From a virus, in the IMG/VR virus record IMGVR_UViG_3300045988_098886: a stretch of 64,000 nt of DNA, one strand, 5' to 3'. The notes under the pieces were generated by a model. The model saw only the letters and a program-made list of their open reading frames with translations. It was not told the DNA's origin and did no database searches. The first letter of the stretch is position 1; each line of letters begins with the position of its first letter. Positions 57,721-64,000 of the stretch are shown here, piece by piece. Both the position numbers and the translations under genes were made by a program.

Positions 57721-58581
57721 ATGTCAAAATATAAAGTACTAGAAGACGGAGTTCTACTTGATGACTGGATGGAGGATAGTTCAGAACAGCCATACATTCC
57801 TAAGAATACTCCTAGCTGCAATTGCAATACCTGTCCAGACGAAGACGGGCACTTACTAAAGGATAACTTCCTTGGTGAGTTCTTAACTGAAGCTGATAAG
57901 AGAAGAGCTAGAGAGAACCTAGGACTCAAAGATATGGAAGGCGATGCAGCCAACATTACTTATAAGACAGACACTGACCCTGATATAGAATCAGTTAAAG
58001 ATGCCTTAGATAAGTTGTTCTATGTTCCAATAACTATTAGCTCATTTACTGTTTCTCCTAATGAAGCAGAAACAGGTTCAGAAGTTAATACCCTTACATA
58101 TAACTGGAAATATAATAAAGAGATTAAACAACAATACTTTGACGGAGAAGAAATTAATGCTTCACTTAGAACTAAAACTATAACTGGAGCATTTAGAACT
58201 ACAATATCTAAAACCTTAACTGCATCGGACGGAACAGAATCCAAATCTAGTACTGCATCTTTAGTATTCAAAGATGGAAGATATTATGGAGCAAGTGCAG
58301 CAGACCCAACAGTTTCAGATTTAATATCTTCTTTTACAAGAAGTCTGAATCTTACTAGAGGGAATAGTTTTACAGTTAATGCAAGAGAAGGTCAATATAT
58401 TTATCTTCTAGTTCCCTATTCTTTAAAGGATATTTCCTTTTCAGTAGGAGGATTTGAAGGTGGTTTCTTTATAATAGACGATAACTATCAATTCACTAGA
58501 TATGAAGGAGTTACACTAAGATGTGTCCTTTTTAGAAGTGATAATCCGGGCTTAGGAAGTACAACAGTAACTATTAAATAA
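57721..58581 (+). CDS. hypothetical structural-module protein (286 aa)
   Basis: ORF track. Confidence 0.7.
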   Translation: MSKYKVLEDGVLLDDWMEDSSEQPYIPKNTPSCNCNTCPDEDGHLLKDNFLGEFLTEADKRRARENLGLKDMEGDAANITYKTDTDPDIESVKDALDKLFYVPITISSFTVSPNEAETGSEVNTLTYNWKYNKEIKQQYFDGEEINASLRTKTITGAFRTTISKTLTASDGTESKSSTASLVFKDGRYYGASAADPTVSDLISSFTRSLNLTRGNSFTVNAREGQYIYLLVPYSLKDISFSVGGFEGGFFIIDDNYQFTRYEGVTLRCVLFRSDNPGLGSTTVTIK

Positions 58582-58582
58582 C

Positions 58583-61500
58583 ATGGCAGTAGAGTTAATT
58601 AGCGAAATAGTTCAAAAAGGTGGTCAGGATTTCGCTCTAGTTGATGCCAATAACATTCGTGGAGGTTTTTACCAAGTAACAGAAATGAGCGAAAGAGATG
58701 CAATACCAGACAAAAGAAAAAAGAATGGTATGCTTTGTTTCGTACTCAAAGACCCTGATAAAGTCTTTACTTACCAATGGCTTAATGGTTATTGGATTAA
58801 AGCACAATTAGGCGGCGGAGGTGGTGGAGACGGAGACACTAGAGTTGAAATAGTATCAACGCCAGAAGAGCTAGCAAATAGAGTAGACTTAGAAAGAGCT
58901 GGACAAATCGTATATGTAGAAAGTACAGACGAAGTTGCTTTTTGGTCTAATAAAAATAAATGGAGCTCTTTTGACCATATTAGAATACAAGATACAGAAC
59001 CAGTTGACGATGATGCAGTATGGATTGATACAAGTCAAAAATCACTTCCTCAATATACCAATTCAGATTTGGCTACTATATTAGAGGCAGTAGAAGCATT
59101 AAGAAAGCTGGTAAATAAGCATGAATATGCTTTTACGCATGAGATGTCTAGTGGAGACTTTGAAAACAGTGCAAGATTAGATATGATGAAAGCTGCTTCT
59201 CCTCTGGAGCCAGGAACGGAAACAGAATCAACAGCAGAAGAATATCCAGAATACACTGAATATGAAACTCCAAATTTAAAACACTTAGCTATTAAAGCAG
59301 GAACTTACTCAAGCCTGCTTGAGAACACAAGAAACTTTGTAAATAACGAATTACTATGGTGTACAGACACTAAACAATTATATATTATGAGTAATGGTAG
59401 TTTAAATTGGATTAATAAAAGCGGAAGTGGAGGTGGTGGAACCGAGTGGGACCCATCTGTTCTCGACGAACTGGATACCATTGGATTTGTTACCCCTAGT
59501 GGTCAAACATACAGGGTTAAGATAGAGAATGATGGAAAGATGGTTATCTATAAAAAGGAAATGGATACACCACAAACTAAGCCAACTGGAGGTCAAGAAG
59601 ACCCTTCTGGATGGGTTTATGTTACATCACTATTTTTACAGAAGCTATACATAAATTCCATATATTGTGGAGGATTAACATCTAATGAACATAGTTATAA
59701 CTATTGTTCACATCACTTTGTTGAACTCTCAAATCTAACTAATGAAGATATTAACTTGAATGGTCTTTCTTTGCAATATGCGACTGAAGGAACTCAATGG
59801 CAAGTACTTCCGTTATGGGGAACAATTAAAGCACAATCTACATTCTTAATTAGAGGTGCTCAATGTTCAGTAATGGATGCAAATACTACTAAGATTAAAG
59901 TAAAAACATACGATATGGAATGGAGAGATTCAAGCGGAAACTTAATGAAGTTTGATAACAACAAATCCAAATTCTTTCTCACTTGGGGAACTACTCCTTC
60001 AACAGTAAGAAACCCATATTCAAATGCTGACGGAAACTACAGAGTATCATTGGGATATATTGACTTAGTTGGATTCAACAAGGAAAATGCAGAATCCTCT
60101 GATACAATTGATGCGAGTGAAAACAAACCATATACATATTTAAGTACTGATAAACTCTTTACTAAATATTATGCAATGGACCCAGTAAGTCAGGCTACTA
60201 AAGCATTAGATAAAAGAAATAATGCTAATGACTGGTATTTTGTTGACCTCACTAAAGAGTTAGTTCCAAGTGTTGAAGCTTTTACTCCAAGAGCTTCATT
60301 TGAAAATAAAACAATATTCTATAATAAATCTAAACTAGTAAGTTTAAAGCCTAATTTAATATCTTGTACCTTTGGTAGACAAGCAACTGCTCCAAATGCC
60401 ACAAGATGCTTTAACTGGGTATCAGTAGGATATTTTGACGAGTATCTATGGCATAGACCAAAAGGAAGTAGTGGCGAAGGCCCTTGGACTAAAGTAGAAT
60501 CATTTAAAAACGAAACAGGTGTTAGAAAATACTATAATCGTATTAGAATGGAAGCTACCGATGGAACTCCGTTTACTACTCATAAAGTTATTCTTAAGAA
60601 CTTATCAGTAGGAACTTATGAGTATAGAGTAGGTAGAGCTGATGCAAATGGCAATCCAAGTGAATTTGCTAGTGATTCTTTAACATTTACAGTAAGAGGT
60701 ACTGATGATATAAAAGACGATTTTACATTTGTTCAAGTAAGTGACCAACAAGGTTTTAACTGGGATGAATATAATGTTTGGAGAATATCAGCAGAGTATA
60801 TAAAAAATCATGTTCCAGAAGCGCAGTTCACTATTAATACTGGTGATATGACACAAAATGGAAATAGAATCAATGAATGGATTGACTATTATAATGCTCG
60901 TAAATCCCTATGGGGAGTTGAAGAAATGGTGACTGTTGGTAATAATGACTTATGTCCTGCCAACATGTATGTATTAGGAAATGGCGGAGACAGTTCTAAG
61001 ATTAATCCCTCTAATATGTCGTTCTTCTACACATTTGAGATGGATGAAACTAATCCTCCTGTATTTACTATTGAAGGAAAAGAAGTGTTCATTGATTCTC
61101 TTTACTCATTTAATTATGGTAACGTACATTTCATGTGTGTAAACTCTGAAATTACTGACATGACAGAAACTAATATTTATGGATTAAGCACTGGAAAGAT
61201 AACTTATCCATATATAAAACAATGGTGTCAAAAAGATATTGATGCTAATGCTTCTGCTGCTTGGAACATCGCTTACTGTCATGAAATGCCCTTTACTATT
61301 ATTACTCAAAATGTTATCCAACAATTCTATTGGAATGACACGGAAAATGATAAAGTAGAAAGAAGTGGTAGTCATTTAAATTATAATGTACCTAATTCTG
61401 ACAAATACTGGTTTAGTAAATTCTGTCAAGAAAACAATATAAGACTTGTCCTTGGAGGACATAAACATACATATAGTGTTAGTTGGCCGCTTAAAGAGAA

Positions 61501-62053
61501 TTTCTCACAAGACGGAACTCCTATAAGTATGAAGCCAATTATTCAAGTAACTCAATCTGATTTAACTACTTACTTTAATAGTGATAGTTTATATGAAGAA
61601 ACAGAAGGAGACTTGGCTGGACAAAAATTCCCCTCTGCTTGGAAAACTGATAATAACTTTAAACAGCATAAACACTTATGTACATTTGAGTTAGTTGATA
61701 ATATTACTGCTCCTGTATATGCGATGTGTCAAGCTACTGGTTATAAACATACATCCAATAAGGAATTACCCGCACCAAATATACCTTGGTTAAGACGCTA
61801 TTTCCCTGCTACTGTTAAAGTTGTAGACCAAACCAATATCACTGCAACAGTTAACGCTGGACAGAGATATCCATTCTATATTATATGGAATGTGACTCCA
61901 ACTCAAATAACAGGTACAGTGAAGAAAATTAATTATGTATTTACCTCTGCTGGTAAATTCAATATTAATATTCAAAGTAGTGTTAACCCTCCGGAAGCTA
62001 TTGGTGGTAATGGGGAAGAAAACAACGGAAATGATTTAATTATCATAAAATAA
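58583..62053 (+). CDS. large tail/fibre-module protein with LTD-like and calcineurin-like metallophosphoesterase domains
   Basis: FVELSNLTNEDINLNGLSLQY (lamin-tail-domain-like). Phosphoesterase motifs VSDQQG, TGDMTQNGNR, VGNND, GGHKHTY. Gly runs GGGGGGDGD and GSGGGGT. Confidence 0.75.
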   Translation: MAVELISEIVQKGGQDFALVDANNIRGGFYQVTEMSERDAIPDKRKKNGMLCFVLKDPDKVFTYQWLNGYWIKAQLGGGGGGDGDTRVEIVSTPEELANRVDLERAGQIVYVESTDEVAFWSNKNKWSSFDHIRIQDTEPVDDDAVWIDTSQKSLPQYTNSDLATILEAVEALRKLVNKHEYAFTHEMSSGDFENSARLDMMKAASPLEPGTETESTAEEYPEYTEYETPNLKHLAIKAGTYSSLLENTRNFVNNELLWCTDTKQLYIMSNGSLNWINKSGSGGGGTEWDPSVLDELDTIGFVTPSGQTYRVKIENDGKMVIYKKEMDTPQTKPTGGQEDPSGWVYVTSLFLQKLYINSIYCGGLTSNEHSYNYCSHHFVELSNLTNEDINLNGLSLQYATEGTQWQVLPLWGTIKAQSTFLIRGAQCSVMDANTTKIKVKTYDMEWRDSSGNLMKFDNNKSKFFLTWGTTPSTVRNPYSNADGNYRVSLGYIDLVGFNKENAESSDTIDASENKPYTYLSTDKLFTKYYAMDPVSQATKALDKRNNANDWYFVDLTKELVPSVEAFTPRASFENKTIFYNKSKLVSLKPNLISCTFGRQATAPNATRCFNWVSVGYFDEYLWHRPKGSSGEGPWTKVESFKNETGVRKYYNRIRMEATDGTPFTTHKVILKNLSVGTYEYRVGRADANGNPSEFASDSLTFTVRGTDDIKDDFTFVQVSDQQGFNWDEYNVWRISAEYIKNHVPEAQFTINTGDMTQNGNRINEWIDYYNARKSLWGVEEMVTVGNNDLCPANMYVLGNGGDSSKINPSNMSFFYTFEMDETNPPVFTIEGKEVFIDSLYSFNYGNVHFMCVNSEITDMTETNIYGLSTGKITYPYIKQWCQKDIDANASAAWNIAYCHEMPFTIITQNVIQQFYWNDTENDKVERSGSHLNYNVPNSDKYWFSKFCQENNIRLVLGGHKHTYSVSWPLKENFSQDGTPISMKPIIQVTQSDLTTYFNSDSLYEETEGDLAGQKFPSAWKTDNNFKQHKHLCTFELVDNITAPVYAMCQATGYKHTSNKELPAPNIPWLRRYFPATVKVVDQTNITATVNAGQRYPFYIIWNVTPTQITGTVKKINYVFTSAGKFNINIQSSVNPPEAIGGNGEENNGNDLIIIK

Positions 62054-64000
62054 TGTCAGGTAAAAGTGTAAGTATAAAAAACAAAACTACTAATGAATGG
62101 GAAATCGTCGCAGGTAGCGACGCTTCCCAAATTAGTACTTCTAATCCTGACGTGCTAGTAAGTGGAGAAGTAAATATCTCTGTTGACCAAGCACTCAGTA
62201 GAACTACTAAAAAGATAGAAACACTTCAACGCAATGTTTCGTGGTTAGCGGAACATGGTGGAGGTGGCGGTGGTGGAGGAGATTTTACATCTTCTATTAA
62301 GTTAACTAACGGTGGTATTACAACATCAGAAGGAGTTAATATTCTATATTCTACCACTAAAGAAGTTAAATTAGATTACTTAATCACAGCATTAAAGAAT
62401 AATCAGAAATTTACAATAACTGTTTCCCTTGACGGAAACAATGTTATTTCAGGACAAGAAGGATGGTCTGGAACCCCGGGAAGTTTAATTATTAAAAACA
62501 TATCCCAATATTCGTCATCAAACAGTCACTCTATTGTAGTTACTGCTACTGATGCAGAAGGAATTAATGCTACTCCTTATATGCTTACTGTAATTGAATC
62601 ATCTATTAATTTATCAAGTAGTGTTTCTTCAGTTACTGCAACAATTGGATTAGCATATAAAATAACATATACAGTTACTAATAAAGTACTGGCAGCAGAC
62701 ACATCTCTTATTGTTAATAATGTTACCAATGGTGTTTCTAAAACATTCGAACTTGGTAAGTTTACATCTACTGAGCCTTTGTTATATGATGTTGATTTCT
62801 TCAGTTTATTTACTGGAACACCAACGGCAGGTTCTTCTTACACTATTGAAGCATTTGCACAAACATCTATTGACGGAAAGACTATTACTTCTGATAAAGT
62901 AACTAACAAGGTTGTAGTAGAAGACGGTACTTCTCTTGTAGTACTTGTTGATGGTATTACAACTAAAGATGAAGTAGAAGCTGGAACAGCTCCGACAGAG
63001 TTCCCTCAAGGTGGTAATATCTCATTTTCATTTACTCCTTATCTATCAGGAATCAGTATTATTTACTATGCTGTAAGAATGAAGAGAGGAAACATCATAA
63101 GAGATATTGGGACATTTGAACCTGATGCAGAAAATCCTTTTAACGAGAACCAGTACGTACAAAGAGGTAAGCAACAAATCTTTAGCTGGGCAGTAGCACA
63201 GAATGATGATTACTTAGGTGAGTGGGAAATTACTCTAAGATGTTGGTCAGAAAAAGGTTCTCCTATGACTGATACTGAATTAAGATGTATTGTAGTAAAA
63301 TCTGCGCAATCTTTAATTGCTGACCAAAACCCTAGAAATACTAGATATGCAAGTTGGAATATTAAAAACGAATTCCCGACTGCTCCCACAGCAACTTCTT
63401 GGATATCAGAAGAATTAAACTATATTTCTCCTGGAACAACTAGCCCAGTAGTTGTAAAAACTCCTTTAAATGTGTATAATACTAATGGAGAACTATCTGG
63501 ATTCTTATCTAGTAATGGGCAAACAAAATTAAGACTTAGTGGTGAATCTTACGGTATAGTGGATTTACAGCCATTTAAGGATGATATAAGTGATAACAAT
63601 AACTGGTCTAGACTTGGATTTACATTCTCTGTAACCCTGAAAACTGACCTACACCCGTTCTCTGATAGAACTGTATTCTTTATTGGAAATTATAGTTCGG
63701 ATGGAACATTCTCTGAAGGTATTAAAGTTGGGCTAGAAGACATTATATGGTCTTATACTGACGGAAATATCAAAGAAACAATCTCTTGTAAGTTACAACA
63801 AAACGTTATAAATACTCTAGATTTTATTGTTGATAAAAATAATAATGAAGTAAAAGTCTTTGTTAACGGAGTCCTAAATGCTGCAAGAGAAATCAAATCT
63901 GACTTTACTTGGAAAACTACAAGTAAGTTCTATTTGGCTTGTGATGCTGATGCCAATGGAAACATAGGTAATTATGCTGATGTTGAGCTTTATGATATGA
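62053..64000 (+). CDS. tail fibre-like protein, N-terminal ~649 aa (ORF runs off the window end)
   Basis: My own translation: the ATG overlaps the previous stop (TAATG), giving MSGKSVSIKNKTTNEWEIV..., and no stop occurs to 64000. It contains a G8 run. The late part resembles LamG/ConA-like folds (NNEVKVFVNGVLNAAREI). Confidence 0.7.
   Translation, partial: MSGKSVSIKNKTTNEWEIVAGSDASQISTSNPDVLVSGEVNISVDQALSRTTKKIETLQRNVSWLAEHGGGGGGGGDFTSSIKLTNGGITTSEGVNILYSTTKEVKLDYLITALKNNQKFTITVSLDGNNVISGQEGWSGTPGSLIIKNISQYSSSNSHSIVVTATDAEGINATPYMLTVIESSINLSSSVSSVTATIGLAYKITYTVTNKVLAADTSLIVNNVTNGVSKTFELGKFTSTEPLLYDVDFFSLFTGTPTAGSSYTIEAFAQTSIDGKTITSDKVTNKVVVEDGTSLVVLVDGITTKDEVEAGTAPTEFPQGGNISFSFTPYLSGISIIYYAVRMKRGNIIRDIGTFEPDAENPFNENQYVQRGKQQIFSWAVAQNDDYLGEWEITLRCWSEKGSPMTDTELRCIVVKSAQSLIADQNPRNTRYASWNIKNEFPTAPTATSWISEELNYISPGTTSPVVVKTPLNVYNTNGELSGFLSSNGQTKLRLSGESYGIVDLQPFKDDISDNNNWSRLGFTFSVTLKTDLHPFSDRTVFFIGNYSSDGTFSEGIKVGLEDIIWSYTDGNIKETISCKLQQNVINTLDFIVDKNNNEVKVFVNGVLNAAREIKSDFTWKTTSKFYLACDADANGNIGNYADVELYDM

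Noticed and set aside
1-64000. Stop-codon reassignment (TAG or TGA recoding), as seen in some crAss-like phages.
   Set aside because: The long ORFs (TerL 767 aa, portal 728 aa, 1156-aa tail protein, 739-aa hydrolase) are intact under the standard code. No tRNA with a CTA, TCA or TTA anticodon was found. The single in-frame TGA at 44209-44211 is reported separately as a local anomaly.

Overview
AT-rich double-stranded DNA phage segment. It is most consistent with a crAss-like (Crassvirales-type) phage of a Bacteroidota host: I found four copies of the Bacteroidota promoter pattern TTTG-N19-20-TATCTTTG, and a large terminase ORF sits directly before a portal-sized ORF. No database search was possible, so all product calls rest on motifs I could read in the translations. 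Two divergent arms meet at a non-coding control region (37.45-38.17 kb) that carries 21-bp-phased iterons and a G10 tract.

The left arm (1-37.4 kb, minus strand) holds many small genes. Recognisable products are an SF2 helicase, RNase H, a J-domain protein, an SPFH protein, an HNH nuclease, a MazG-like protein, a ferritin-like protein and a vWA/MIDAS protein.

This arm also has an unusually rich RNA gene complement. There are 25 tRNA or tRNA-like genes that together cover all 20 amino acids, a long tmRNA, and a ~630-nt structured RNA with RNase P-like P4 motifs. There is also a family of 11 clear members (plus 2 weaker relatives) of stem-closed elements carrying an invariant ACAGCAA block. 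Each one sits just upstream of a tRNA or the tmRNA.

Three of these elements (20511-20629, 23416-23557, 23975-24117) contain complete tRNA bodies in circularly permuted order (3' part, capped acceptor helix, 5' part). Several canonical-order tRNAs (Lys, Thr, Trp, Cys, His) carry class-II-like long variable arms. I consider this RNA system, possibly linked to the Ro60-like vWA protein at 27764-29485, the most novel content of the window.

The right arm (38.2-64 kb, plus strand) holds replication/early genes, a PD-(D/E)XK nuclease, a GroES-like protein, TerL, the portal and large tail proteins. It is interrupted by an inverted minus-strand block (41.9-47.2 kb) with holin-like proteins and a double-glucosaminidase protein. 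The end of that protein's ORF is separated from the next ORF by a single in-frame TGA. The standard genetic code fits all long ORFs.
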